A DNA stretch of 62,263 bases, counting the filler, from Porpidia crustulata (lineage: Eukaryota): assembly GCA_964255105.1 (NCBI GenBank). It is 4 parts of 4 records of this genome, joined end to end, with 100 filler letters (N's around TTAATTAATTAA, not from the genome) between each part and the next. Parts side by side here need not be neighbours in the genome. Positions count along the whole stretch, not along the records: positions 1 to 15,512 come from CAXUWE010000304.1; 3 more parts are not named here. The stretch is one strand, 5' to 3'. The position numbers and the translations under genes were made by a program. Of this stretch, positions 1-13,242 are shown piece by piece; positions within the stretch are counted from its first letter, which is position 1; every line of letters starts with the position of its first letter. Under the pieces are notes generated by a model. The model saw only the letters and a list, made by a program, of their open reading frames with translations, did no database searches and was not told where the DNA came from.

Positions 1-870
1 GGGTTATGCATGTGCCGGTGGTATCTTGAGATAAAACAGCATATTATGTTTTATCGAAGGTGCAGGTATATGGAAACTAATTGCTTCCTCCCTCGATAGC
101 AACTATCTAGTAATCTGCTCGTCCTAGCCCTGCGCTCCCGCCATTCCAACCACGGCAGCGTCAATCAAGCCTGCTAATTTGCAGATATTCTTAGAGGTTG
201 TCGTTATGTGGGTAATCGCAAGTTGGCTTTTGGAAGCGATACTCTCGGACGTGTTGCCTGATTGGATAAAACAATATATAACAGTGTGTGGCTTGATGGT
301 GATCGAGGAACGTTCCTGTCATGCAGGCAGGCGTCTTCGAGAAACGCGGCACAGTTCCAACAGGGAGGGGATCTTTGGATTTATCGATCATGGACTCTTT
401 GCCAGAATGCTAAGAGATGTAGCTTCATGGCCCCGGTTGCTGTGACATGTATGGCCATTGTTGATGGTGAGCGGTGGGAGGTGTGGCTTATTCGATTTTA
501 TGGGGGTGGGTTCTGTTGATATATAGTTAGTGCTAAACTAGACTTGGCCTTGGTAGGATGGTAATGTAAGGACCGCTGGGCTTGATGAGTGAATAAGCTC
601 ACCGTGTTGAGAAGGTTTTGTTGGAGAATTTCTTACATTTCTTGATGATCTAGGTTGTAGCGTGTGCTGGAGATCCGGTTGGGCCCTTTTGGTCGAGTTG
701 CTGTGAGGTGATTGCCGTGGGGCCACATGTGATCCTAAAATTCGCCTTTGTGGCGAGCAATTGATTGTTTGTCTAAATAGGCCTTGTTCCTTCGATTTCA
801 GCTGAGTTTCATCTGCACTGTAATATCAAACGGGAATTTCTGCTGGCTGCTGTACTATTGCTGGGTTACT

Positions 871-2387
871 TTAGTCCCTTGGAATACTCGCCATGTGAGC
901 ACCAGCACTTGGAAGATCGAATGGATTGGCCTTCAGGCGGCTAGCTTCTGTCTTATCATTTGCAATGCTACCACAGTGGTTGGCTTGCAATGGATCGGCG
1001 CAGAAGATAGCAAGTAGACGATCCACGACATCTCGCATCGCCTCTTGCTCAATCAAAATCAAGGCCATGTGCATGCGGAAGGTGAAGGAAGCAGCCTTGA
1101 AAGTTTGATGATACACCGATTTATAAGTGCCCTCAGCTTTAAATACTTGAGTTGAATCTTGTGCCTCCAGTCTCTCATGCCGCGTGCCGGAGGTAGTATG
1201 TGCCCTGATCAGCGGCTTTCTCTGCTGCAGACCATGGACTCGCATGCCAGCCATCACAATCCTAGTCAAAGCTGATTTGTTCTGCTGTTCAATACCGTCG
1301 TCATACTCAAGAAGGTGAGAAGACTCGACAAGTGACGATATACTCTCGACCCGATGCAGTGAGGAACGTTTACAATGCAGTAAACTATCTCGTCTAGATG
1401 AGGGACGAGAAGACTCAAAGCTTTGGGTTGACATAGTGCTGGATGCTCTCGAAAGACCAGCCCTTGCGCTTGACGCAGGCTTAAAGGTATCTTGGAGAAA
1501 ATTGGTGGGCTTTGTTTGCTCTATAGACTGGGGAACTGTGGTAGATGGGTCCAAGGTTGCCATTGCCTTGGCAATTCCTTCACCGCCCCGTCTCTTGAGC
1601 CTTTTACTCTGGTGTGCAGCATCGTCAAACAATGAAGATATACTTTTTCGTTTGCTCAGCGGTTTCTGATCGACCGCGGTCTCCTCTACTGGCGGCTCGA
1701 GAAACCGTGCCTCGCTAAGGTTTTCAACCCTGGGCAAGGTTATCTCGGCCGCCTGAAAAGCGAGCTTCGAAGAGAGAGGCGATGCATAAATCTTCCAGGA
1801 GGTTTCTGAGTGGGCCGTATTGGTGATGTATGTATCACTGATAGGCTCCCCAGTTGGGCCCGGCGATGAAGACAGTGGTGGGGTTGGTAACGTATCATTG
1901 TCAAACGGTGTTACTGTAACTGTGGCATAGAGCAATAGCTCCGTCATGGTATGCGGTGCAGTCGGCCCTTTCATCACGGAATCTTCGACCTTTAGGAGAA
2001 TTCCGCGTTCCAATTGCTCGCCTCCACAAATGCTCCATGACTCCGCTGACTGGCCTGGCTGACCGTTGTCATCGTAATTGGGCAATATACAATCCACTAT
2101 CCATTGCTGTGTAGCTTCACTATGCACACAAACATCCAGCGACGGCCCCGCAACAAGGTAAAGAGGAATACTTGAAACATCAACTATAGACAAAAAACGT
2201 AAATCTGAAGAAAGAACGAGTCTCGACGTATGCCCTCGACCGAGTAGATGAATATCTGTTTGAAGATTACTATCTACGTTGATGGACGCCCGGACTCCTT
2301 ACCTTCGATAATCTCTTCGGAATCATTGAACGTTATTTGACCACTCCATACCTCCACAGGATCGACTTCACACCGTTTGCCGGGCAT
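871..2387 (-). CDS. Sld7 C-terminal-domain-like fungal protein (2 exons)
   Basis: Exon 1 MPGKRCEVDPVEVWSGQITF ends at a GTAAGG donor (~2302) and splices in frame via CAG into the 440-aa ORF. The C-terminus NKSALTRIVMAGMRVHGL...YKSVYHQTFKAASFTFR resembles fungal Sld7_C-domain proteins (from memory). Confidence 0.6.
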
Positions 2388-2869
2388 GTTGCAATACTCT
2401 GCTCTTGACAGGGACGATATGAGATTTTGGGAAATCGCTTAACGCGTTCTGCCATTACGCGCTGTAACAATACAAAAATTACTGAAGCTAGCATCATGTA
2501 AGATTACCTCCCTTTATGCTGGAGGTTTCCAACGCCAACAAGTTGAAGATATCAATGTCGATGAGTGAGAAGGCTGCTACATTATAGTACTTTAAGGTTA
2601 GGAAGTTTGTTGACATCACACAAGCACTTTTACTGTATGTATCTCGCTGATATAAAACTAAGTAAATGATCTTCTTCGTAGCTATTGAATACATCGATTG
2701 AGGCTTGACCGTGAACGAAGGCGCTCCTCAGCCTCTTTCATAGGTCATGTAATCAAAGTCTGCAAGCAAACTACGCCTAGCCGTGGTGAAGACCAATATT
2801 CTGGCATTTTCCGAAGACCAAATGTACCCACCACCCAATAGTTCACAGGAGCGTGACCTTGAAAATAGT

Positions 2870-3412
2870 CTAAAAGTCCTGCTCTTCTTGGAAAAACATC
2901 GTGAAGCTTATAATAGTCCCGTATATCAAAAGTCCCCCAATTATCGACATAACCATCGCGGGTGCCACAATGAGAGCACAGTGCGCCAGGAGTACCGGAA
3001 GCGCTGATTGAGACAGGAGTCAGTAATTGGAATCGCGAGCGGAGGGTATTGAAAGTGAGGGCCAGTCCAGCCATCGATACATGGGGAAGATGGAGAGGCC
3101 TTACCAACTCCCATTACCACAAGAAATCCGGTGCAGAATCTCCCAAAGTCCACAACGGCATTCCCAGAACTTTCCATGAAATCATCTGGATTCGAGCATC
3201 TCCCGCAGACCCAATTTGGTAAAGGAGCGAGAACATAGGTAGCCACAACCAGGAGAGGTAGATAATTGCGATAGAGCGCGGATGATAGGATGACGAGGAG
3301 GAAGCCAATCGCAAGTACCTGAGAGACGTTAGCGAAATGATCTCATAGCTAGATGTATTTCCCCAGTACGAACGAAGGAGAGGGCAATGATCGTTTTAAG
3401 ACCTGCCGCCAT
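2870..3412 (-). CDS. VPS55: Vacuolar protein sorting protein 55 (3 exons)
   Basis: Spliced translation MAAGLKTIIALSF|VLAIGFLLVILSSAL...YVLAPLPNWVCGRCSNPDDFMES...DFGRFCTGFLVVMG|...GGLLIYGTIISFTMFFQEEQDF*; small protein with about four hydrophobic segments. Confidence 0.9.
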
Positions 3413-3781
3413 AGCTTGGTCACCTGCACTAGGCGTTCTGCTTAGGAGTAGCGTGGAAGCATGCACCGACAGTCAGAATGTTTGTAGCTAGTCAAACAAG
3501 ATAGAGCGGTGCGAGATGTATTACTCCGAAATAGCGTGGATGATCTCTAGTCATAGATATGTTGAAGTTGGATACTGTGCTGCTCTGCCGTCGCCGCCTT
3601 GGAGCGAACTTGTCGGGCTTGGCGCTTGCAGGGATCTAACAATATCCCTGTAAGAGTTTCACGTCGCCTTTCACTGCCTGAGCTTGCCCAACATTAAAAC
3701 CGCGAAGATATACCTCCTCCCCTCCACGGTAGCATTTTTGAAGCTTCACGGTGAATCGCTTGATTTTCTAACGTATCCACA

Positions 3782-4695
3782 ATGTTTAGGAACAATTATG
3801 ACAATGACTCGGTGACTTTGTGAGTAGAACGCCTTTGCCAAAGTACTTAGCTCACTGTAGGACCAGCTCGCCGCAAGGCCGGATCTTTCAAGTCGAGTAC
3901 GCATCAGAAGCTGTCAAACAAGGCTCGGTAGTTGTGGGGATAGTCAGCAAAACACATGCTGTCCTGACAGCATTGAAGGTAAAACAAATCTCAGCTCAAA
4001 ACCCGCTGTTGCAGCTCGAAAGCTAACTAATTACTATTCAGCGCAATGCCGAGGAGCTTTCATCATATCAAAAAAAAGTCATAGGAATCGATCAGCACTT
4101 TGGTGTAGCTCTAGCCGGCCTTGCTTCGGATGCGCGTGTCCTATCAAATTTCATGAAGCAGCAAGCTCTTGCCTCGAAGATGACGTACGGTCGACCTGTC
4201 CCCCTCGAACGCATAGTCAACCAAATTGGTGATCGCGCACAAACAAACACACAAAACTATGGCAAGCGGCCTTATGGCGTGGGTCTCCTTATTGCCGGTG
4301 TTGATGACACCGGACCACATCTTTTCGAGTTCCAGCCATCAGGTATGACACAGGAGATGGTAGCTTGTGCAATAGGAGCCAGAAGTCAAATGGCAAGGAC
4401 GTATTTGGAGAGGCACCTGGAGGAGTTTGAGTCGGCGACCAAAGAGGAGCTTCTGAAGCATGGGTTACGAGCGTTGAAAGAGAGTTTACCTCAGGACAAG
4501 GAGCTGACGGTTGAAAACACAAGTGTGGGTATAATAGGTATGGGCGCAGATGGGAAGAGGAAGATCGAGAGCTTCAAGCTTTACGATGGACTTGAAACAC
4601 AGCCACTGCTTGAAGCAAGCTTGGAGAGCACCGACGCACCTGCAGACGCTCTCACAACAGAAACAGCGGGGGATTCGATGGAGGTAGATACTTAG
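3782..4695 (+). CDS. PRE5: 20S proteasome subunit alpha-6 (PSMA1 type), 3 exons
   Basis: [33 protein letters not shown] alpha-subunit N-terminal signature; [35 protein letters not shown]. Confidence 0.95.
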
Positions 4696-4838
4696 ATTAG
4701 CAATTGATATTAATACTTTGTTGGCAGGAATTCCTTCAAAGCTTCTAATCCAAATGTCCCAGCCGTACGCCATGCTATATACGTCCGTAGCAACATGATC
4801 ATCCAGGCCCGAGAAACTCCGCTAGATAGCAAAAGGAT

Positions 4839-5604
4839 TCACTTCTGGTTCCAATCCAACTTCATCCGATCCTCGGAAACTTTATATTCTCTCAGCTGCA
4901 GCACCACCTCCTCCGCGTCGAGCGCCTCGACCAATATCCCCGCATTACCAGGCGCGATAAACCCAGCGCTGACGGCCCCTCTAACCCACTGCAGCAGGCC
5001 ATTGTAGTACCCTTCGACATTGAAAACCACTACGCCCTTGCTGTGAATTCCAAGTTGATTCCAGGTTACAACTTCCATCAGCTCTTCCAAGGTACCGTAC
5101 CCGCCCGAGAGCGCGACAAATCCACTTCCAGGGCCACCCTCCACCACCCTCTTCGCCATCAGCTGCTTCCGCGTATGCATATCCGGCACCACTGTCGTCC
5201 TTCCATATACTTCCTCGTTAATCGTATTCTTGGCGTCCGTAGCGCTGGCGCCTTCTTGCTCATACTTGATCAGTGCCTCCGGTATTATGCCATGCACCGC
5301 ATCGACCCCGGACAGCGAGACGAGCGTCCTGGCGATCTCACCCATTATGCCAACGGTGCCGCCCCCGTAGACCAAGGAGATGGTATGTGCATGGAAGGCT
5401 TGGGCGAGTGATCGTGCGGCGGCGAGATGTGCGGGGGCCGAGCCGGGGGAGGAACCACAACTGGGGTATTGTCAGTTGGGTCTTTGGGTAGGGATTTGGT
5501 GGAAAGGAGTACAAAACGCAGACGACTGGGCCGCCGGACGGTCTGCTTGAAGGGCGAGATATTTCTGTGCCCTGTGTCGAAGGTGCTGATAGGGTAGGTG
5601 ACAT
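4839..5604 (-). CDS. LOG family nucleotide/cytokinin riboside 5'-monophosphate phosphoribohydrolase ('lysine decarboxylase-like')
   Basis: VCVF|CGSSPG, LVYGGGTVGIMG, DMHTRK and SGGYGTLEELMEVVTWNQLGIH match LOG motifs; one intron near 5461-5511. Confidence 0.88.
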
Positions 5605-6873
5605 GTCTTCTTGTGTATGAAGGAGGGATACAAATAGCAAGCACGCAAATCCAAATTTATTCCCAAGAATAATAATGAAGTTTCAGAGAAGGGAATTTTA
5701 GCAATCTATCAAGAATCCGGAACAATGAGTGAATATAACTGACGCAGTTTCTACAGTTGGAGTATCGAATGAAAATCAGTTCCACAGCCTTGAGACTAGA
5801 TATGATAAAATAGCAACATGTTTCTACAATTGGTGGACGATTTTTGAAGATTACAACCCCAGTCTGGGTTTGCATGATAGAACAACTTCATTTTATCTTA
5901 AAATAAGGTACAGCAATGTCGGACTTCAAGGTATCTGTGATTCTTAAAGTCGTCCGCCATGAGCGATGCCAATACAGCGCCTTGCCCCTAGCTACTGTTC
6001 AGTCGAATGAAAACTCCACTCCAACTCCCTACCACGTTTGTCTCGCTAGGAAAGCTACATAAACCATTTACCACAAGCAGAATTTGAGTCTGTGGTATTC
6101 ATCGTTCTTGCCTTTCCTCACCGCCCAAATAACTTCAGGCCCGCAAGATACCCTTCCACGTCGCGCGCTTCGTCAAACCTAGCCATGCCAAATTCCCCGT
6201 GTATAGAGATCTTTGCAAAATTATTGGAGAACCGGATTATTACAGCAGGAGAAGTGCCAGAATCAATGGAAGACGAGGTAGAAAAGCTTAAAAAACTTCG
6301 ACTTCAGCATGGATAGGGGCTAGAATTGGGCTATGGCTATGACCAGGCCGTAGAAAGTAGACATTGGCAACAGCGTTGATCTGTATTGAGACTCGCGACT
6401 CTTGAAAATCAAACAAAGGAGGAATCGATTTTAGTACTGAGCATAGTATTATGAATCTCTGATCTGGGCCGCGGAAATGGTCATTAGTTACAAAACAATA
6501 GCACTTGCTGGATTCGCATCAGGAGAAGGTACTTTGGTTGAAAAGTAAGATCGATAGTATATGACCTGCTGAAATCGCGCTGAAAAGCTTGGATCAACTG
6601 TAGAGCCCCGTTGAATGAAACAGTGCTCAGTGAAAATAGCTGTCTGTAACATCTAGGTTGTACGTCTATCATTAGCTGAAGTGGTCATGCAGTGGAGAGA
6701 CGTGGGAAGAATTTGTGAAGCGGAAGGGCTTGCCAATTTCGATGAGCGTTACGCCACACTGTCGATCAGGGTCCATACGTGGCTTTAACAGTAGGCAACA
6801 CACTTCTCATGCAACAGCGTTTGAACCAGAACACCAGCACTAGAAAATTTCTTACCATTCTCAATTCATCAGC

Positions 6874-8963
6874 ATGTCTGGAGCAGCTCAGTCCGGCGAT
6901 GCTGCTGGCGCAGGCCAAGAATCTGGCATGAGTGTGAGATCCTGGTCATACTGGCTGTCCGTGATCTAACCCGGATCATCGCTAATAAAATCTAGTCGAC
7001 AGTGAAATCCCTGGGTCAAGGCATCATCATCTTCATCGCTGCTCAATATGCCGTGTCATACTTCACTGGGAATAAGGGTGCGGGTACCACCAGCAGCACA
7101 GCGATACCCGCCTTTGAAGCAAGGCCGGACGGCAGCGGTGTGATTGCAGACTACAATCCCATCCCACAGATGGTTGCGCCAATATGGCCCACAGATAGTA
7201 ATTTAGACTTAAGCATCTATGTTTCTCCGTCGTTAGTCATGCCCGCATTGAGTAAAGTCCCGAAAGATACTTTGGTCGTGGAAGAGAAAGGGTTCAAGCT
7301 GGGCGATTGGAAAGAAAAAAGAGAAATTGATACTACGTTCAATGTCCCTAAAGAGGTACAGAACAATGGTACCTTGTGGGCTCACTTTTATGTTGCTCTT
7401 CAAGGCTACCCATTGGATCCAGTGGCTAAGAACTACAATGTCTCCAACGCCTATCATTTCTTCCGCCCATTGAACCATATTATACCCAAAAAGAAGGTGA
7501 AGAAGACACGGAAGCTGTTGGGCGACTCTCCAGAAGTATCGGAGGAAGAGAAAGAGGATGATAAAGGTCCTGTTTTTTCTTCCTACTATCACCCGAACTT
7601 TACCATGTCGTTCATTCCAGACTCTGGCACTCAAAGTTATACTGGTATGCATCCGGCCATTCGTCAGCACGTTCAACTCGAGACCACAGGGGCTCGAGAT
7701 GTCTCTGGCCAGAATGGATGGTATCATCCAATACTTTTCGTGAACACGTTCTGGCAGCTCAGGGACCACATGACAGAATTGAACTCAACCGTGAAGACTC
7801 TGCCTCTCCATATATCTCTCAATAATCTGAACAATTGGAAATTCAGTCTTTACGCTAGTATCGATGAGGGTATGAAGCAAAATCAGAAACAAGCTGCGAG
7901 CGGCGGACCCATGCCAGCTAGTGGAGATGGTAGCGAGTTTGAAGAATTTAAGAGAGTGTTGGTCGACACTAACATCTATCTGCTTTCGACGACCGCAATC
8001 GTGAGCGTCCTTCACATGATTTTTGAGGCTCTTGCTTTCAAAAGTGACATTGTAAGTCTTCTGTCAATATCGCCCTCATACGCTTCTAACTAGCTTTTCG
8101 AAGTCTCATTGGCGTCATAAGAAAGATAACGTCGGCATATCTGTTCGGACTATCCTGGCCAACGTTTTCATGCAAACTATCATTTTTCTATATCTTTTCG
8201 ATAATAGCGATGGAACTTCCTGGATGATTCTATTTGGCCAGGGCATGGGTATCCTGCTTGAAGCTTGGAAAATTACGAAGACCGTTGATGTCCGCGTGCG
8301 TCCTGCCGCAGCAGACTCGTGGCTACCGTACAAAATCACTTTTGAGGATAAGCACAAGCTGTCCGAGACTGAAGCTAAAACCAAAGAATACGATGAGATA
8401 GCGTTCCGATATCTTTACCTCGTCGCGATACCTTTACTCGGCGCGTATGCTGTATATAGTGTGCTGTACGACTCGCATAAAAGTTGGTACAGTTTTGTGA
8501 TCACCACACTTGTCGGTAGCGTGTATGCTTATGGATTCTTGATGATGGTGCCGAGTCTTTACATCAACTACCGACTTAAGGTTTGTGGTCTCACTGTTCA
8601 TGAGACCTCCCACAGCATCTGTTGACCTTTCTACAGAGTGTTGCGCACATGCCCGCAAAAGCCATGACCTACAAGTTCTTGAACACCTTCATCGACGATC
8701 TGTTTGCATTTACTATCAAGATGCCAACACTACATCGCCTCGCTACATTACGAGATGACGTGATCTTCTTTGTTTATCTCTACCAGAGCTGGGCATACAA
8801 GGTTGATTATAAGAGAGTAAATGAATTTGGACAGGGAGGTGATGATGAGGAGGTTCAAGAGAAGATTGCCAACAAGCCTTTGGCTGCCCCAGCAGGTGGA
8901 GATACAAAGGCTGCCGGGAAGGCCACGGGGTCAGAGAAGGGTGCGGCCAAGAAGCGAAAGTAG
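6874..8963 (+). CDS. CLPTM1 family multi-pass membrane protein (putative ER lipid scramblase)
   Basis: NNGTLWAHFYV, YHPILFVNTFWQLR, LHMIFEALAFKSDI|SHWR, YAYGFLMMVPSLYINYRLK|SVAHMPAKAMTYKFLNTFIDDLFAFTIKMP, VDYKRVNEFGQ; C-terminal KKRK. Confidence 0.92.
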
Positions 8964-9362
8964 GGTAAGTTTGCCCAACAGCGCACACACTAATGAAGGA
9001 ATATTTGAGATACTGTAAACACGTCAGGATCATTGTACGGTTAATACAACTTATCAGGACTCACCTCATGGCAAATAACGCTAGACACGATTGACAACAT
9101 GCGTCGTCAACGTCTCTCATTGATTTTCCTCTGGCTGTTCGTTGCACGACATTGCGCTATTTTGATAACTTCTATTGCTATTCATTACCTTTTCTATTAA
9201 GCCAGGAAGACCGTTTATCAAAATCCGTATTCAAATTTCCTACTGAATCTCTGATCTATCACTCGTCTCACTCTGCACTTTGTCTTAAACGGTCTTCCTT
9301 CCCTCTAATTCCCCGTATCTGCGATCAGCAATTCCGATCGACTACCGCGTCCGATCGCCAAC

Positions 9363-10124
9363 ATGGACGCCTCCGCATCTCCCCTACGCCAAGAATACAC
9401 CCTGAAGGACCGCAAGTGGACCAAAGCACTCTGGGCCCTCACATCCGCAATTGACCAGACCAATAAAATGGAAGCGCGTCACCTCAGCGCCCAAGCCCGC
9501 GAGCGAACCGTCACATCCGACCTCGAAATCCACAGAGCCTACATCGACACCCTGGCTACTCGCCACCGCAATCGCGCCACCACCAACCACCCCCCTAACG
9601 ACGACGCCCAGTAGACCGCCCTCATGACCGAACGGCGCCTCAACGTTGCCGTCCACATTTTCATCGGCATGGGCGGCATCCTCCCGCGAGCAGTGGCTGT
9701 GATCAAGAGCGCTGAGCAGCTTATTGAATGTATGGAGGCACGCAATGATGAGCTCCAGGTTGCTGCTCAAGCTACCATGGCGGCCTTCAATGAGGTGGAT
9801 CGCCGTGCGAAGGACGCTGGCGTTGACGTGGTGGAATGGGAAATGAATGGAGAGGAGGAGGGGGAAGTGGGAGAGTGGGCGGCCGGGCGAGGCGATGTGG
9901 AAGAGTGGAGACCGGTGGCGAGGCATGCGTCTGGAATAGCCACGGCGGAGCTGTCGGATAAAGTTGGAAATGATCGTAATGGCGGTCTTGGGAACGGAAC
10001 GGCTGAGGCAGGACGTCGAGGGGAGGAGGTAGGGGGAGGTGCACTTGGCGTGGGGTTCTTGGGAGGCGTATTGATGGGGTGGTTGCGTTGGACCGCCGTT
10101 GGTTTGGGGGTCTGGAGACAATGA
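9363..10124 (+). pseudogene. Hypothetical helical protein with C-terminal hydrophobic segment, interrupted by one in-frame TAG (9612-9614)
   Basis: ORFs 9363-9614 and 9624-10124 share a frame and are separated only by TAG ACC GCC CTC; no family recognised. Confidence 0.4.
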
Positions 10125-11855
10125 TGTCGTTTGTAATTGCGCGGAGCTTCGACTTTGCGAGTTGTCGAGAAGGAATGTGGGATTTACTGTGGTTTTTTGG
10201 ATGGTTTGCGTTGTGTTGACTGGGAGAGATTATGGAAGGGGGTGGATAGCGGGTCATCTAGAAAGTGTCTTTGATATAGTCCGTCGAACAACATGCCTTT
10301 TTGATGTCATTTATACAGGGGATCTGACAAGATGGAATACTGCTGGTGACGATGATAGATATGTGAATCCACGGTTGGATATATTACCAAGGATATATGC
10401 GCGTTTTAGTGTCCGTGTAAAAAAGCTTGGGAATAGACATATTTGTTGAATGATGACTAGAGCTTTTGTTATTTTTGTCCATGGTAAGAGTGACAGCTAA
10501 GCCAGAAGAATAAGAGATATGTATAGCTCAAAAGATTCTCTGGCAAGTAAGACTGTGAGAAGAAACAAAACGATACACGTGTAAGCAGCTCGTACGGCAT
10601 TGATGTCGAACTTGATGAGACAAATCCCTCGTGAAATTTTGGTTTCTAGCGTTACTCAGTCGATTGATAGCGATTTGATCAGTACTTTTCTCATGAGGAG
10701 TAAGGACTGATCTGCCAATATCTAACTCGAGTGTGAAAAGAAGAACTGTGTACATGATAAAAACATCCGATATTAGTATAAGCAATCACGAGCCAACAAA
10801 CGAATATAAATGCAAATTCGTATAGGTAATCCGGAGCTATTGCAGTCTTGACTCCAGAGTGATTTTACCAAGGGGGTTGATTGATCGCATGTAATATCAA
10901 TCATGGTTTTGTAAATGAGATTCGGCGATGTAATTGAGAAAATGGTTCAAGACGATGCGGCATCTCGATTGACGACATGGTCGTTCAAATTGTCGATTTT
11001 TGCGTTTTCATGATGTTGGAGACATTTGAAGTTGTCCGAAGCGGTTTCAAATGAACACACCTAGGGCTGTCTACTTGAAAGACGTACCAGCGATAATCTC
11101 TCGGATATACCATTCTTCCTGAAATCCATTGCCGTCAACCGCAATATCACCGCCAGCGGAAGCGTAGCGTTCCATTCCAGAGCATCTGGCCTGTAGGCTC
11201 TTGACGTCGCCGTAACATTTTTTTCTAGTGGCAGCGAATTCTTGCGGAAGTTGAAAAGGAATGAGAGTCAATTTTGTCAGGATGATGGCTGAAGAAAGAG
11301 CCTAGAGAAGAGAGATGAAAGGAAGAACTTGGAATTGGAGATCAGTATCTTTCACTTAAATGTACCGCTTGTCAGACTACAGCCTCTTAGCATCATCGAG
11401 TAAGTAGATGATAGTTGCTAATGTGATATAAATGTCGGCCTGACTTGTTCACAATGGAGATTTGGCTGATCCCCTTTAAAGGGGTAGCGAAGCCTTGTGG
11501 CGAGAATGACAGAAAAAGTCTCAAAGTATGCTTGCTTAGTAGTACACAGAATGCTTTGTGAATCATAGTAGTCAGGCTTTCGCTGGTTGACGTGTAGCCA
11601 TTTCCTTCTTTGACGGCGGGATTTTGATGGAAGAAACGGGCATGTCGGCGTAGGCGGTGCGGATGTGAAGAAGACTCGAGGGTTCGATATGTACCACTAT
11701 ATGATATGCTGAGCTGTTCTTCAGTGTCGCAATTCAGTAGCCAGCAGTAAAATATAGACGTTTTGTGACCATTATCTCCATTGTATGTCTATTCTTGCTC
11801 CAAGAACAAGCACCGCGTGTTCCTACACCCCTTTTCTCTATTATCTTACATGCAG

Positions 11856-12685
11856 TTAGAAAAACCGCCACCACATAAAAATTATGAAAAACAGCCCCAC
11901 TCCCACAAAAGGCCCGTATTGCTTCAGCATCAACTCCCAATTGATCCTCACCGCTGCTCTCCGATATTTCTTACTGTCCTCCCTCAGTCGTCCGCTCATC
12001 TCCCCCATCCTCTCTAAGCTATCTCCCCTGTACAGCAGATCTTCAATATTTTTCGTCATCACTTTCGTGACATCCCTCAGCTCATCATTCAGTTTATCTA
12101 GATTTTGTGACGCTCGGCTGTCTTGATATGTTTTCTTCGTGCGCTGCATGAAGGTGTCGAACTCGACAAAGGCGTAGGGGCGACATGTTGGGGAATTGTA
12201 TTGCTGGGATGTGTAGGTGGTGGTGAATTCGGTGGAGAGGTCGGAGAGGTATGTGAAGGCTAGCTTGCGGGGATAAGAGCGGTCGCAGATGGTGAGGAAG
12301 ACAAGGGAGTCGGTAATTAGGTAGCTAGATGGGGAAATGTTAGAGAATGGCATTGCGCTGGGTTCTGAGGGCAGAGCGACGAGGCGATGAGGGAGAGGTA
12401 CTGAAGTGTGTATTTGCCTGTTTCTATGCTGGCTTGGGGCTCAGAGTTGCGATTTAGTCGCCGTAAAACCATTTTGGCATTTGATTTGGGGTCTGAGAGC
12501 TCGGCTTCTGACTGTTGCGTCGATTGTTACTCGTCGCCCACAGCTTTACAGCATGTTCAAGTACCTGCTCATCATCGATCGAGGCCGCTAGCATGAGGCC
12601 TGTAAGGTGGTCAGTAAAAGCAAGTATATGACTCTTCTACGGAATACTTGCCATCAATCCTAGCAATCTGGGTAGATATAACCAT
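11856..12685 (-). CDS. SEC22: ER-Golgi longin R-SNARE Sec22 (4 exons)
   Basis: MVISTQIARID|GLMLAASIDDEQ|SEAELSDPK...NRNSEPQASIE; YPRKLAFTYLSDL; RPYAFVEFD; VMTKNIEDLLYRGDSL; C-terminal transmembrane helix. Confidence 0.95.
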
Positions 12686-13242
12686 ACTGGCTCCATGCAA
12701 TGCTCTGCAGCTTTTGAAGAGGGATTAGTACTTTGAAGGCGTCGGCGAGTTCAAAGCTTCCAGAAGTATTTTGCTGGAAGGCTCTGTGCGACAGTCATGG
12801 AAGACTTGGTCAAAGACACATATGTATAAAAAGCCGTTGACTGGCCGAGGAGCTACCCCTGTCAGTTACTACGTACTTCAGGCGTCGATTTCTTCCCAAT
12901 CGTATGATTGGTGGGTTAAGCGCGAAGGAAGCACTATGACGATTATAGTTAGTGTGATATGGCATAGCTCCAGATATTAACATGTAATTATCGTTGTTGC
13001 ATGCAGAAACTCTCCTTGAGAAATTCTGATATTTAAACTTGGATATTTTTCCCATCAATCCGCTCCTCTGAATGGCTCCGCTGATATGTTATACGTCACT
13101 GGAGCTCATCGATATTCATGCCCCTGGGCCTAGCAAACTCTAGCCATAGTGACGAGTTCATGTCCGGAACAATAACGACAAAGAAGCTTTGGATCTGAAA
13201 TTCGGTGAACATACGTCATACTGGACTCATTTTCAAATCAAC

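Noticed and set aside
1..760. Possible gene relic on the minus strand (PKIPSLLELCRVSRR)
   Set aside because: Several stops and only a short, weak resemblance to 2EXR/F-box-like proteins; not supportable.
5700..6700. Short ORFs between the LOG and CLPTM1 genes
   Set aside because: No recognisable motif or consistent exon structure.
10500..11350. Short minus-strand ORFs (PFQLPQEF...) as an F-box-like relic
   Set aside because: Similarity too short and the frames are full of stops.
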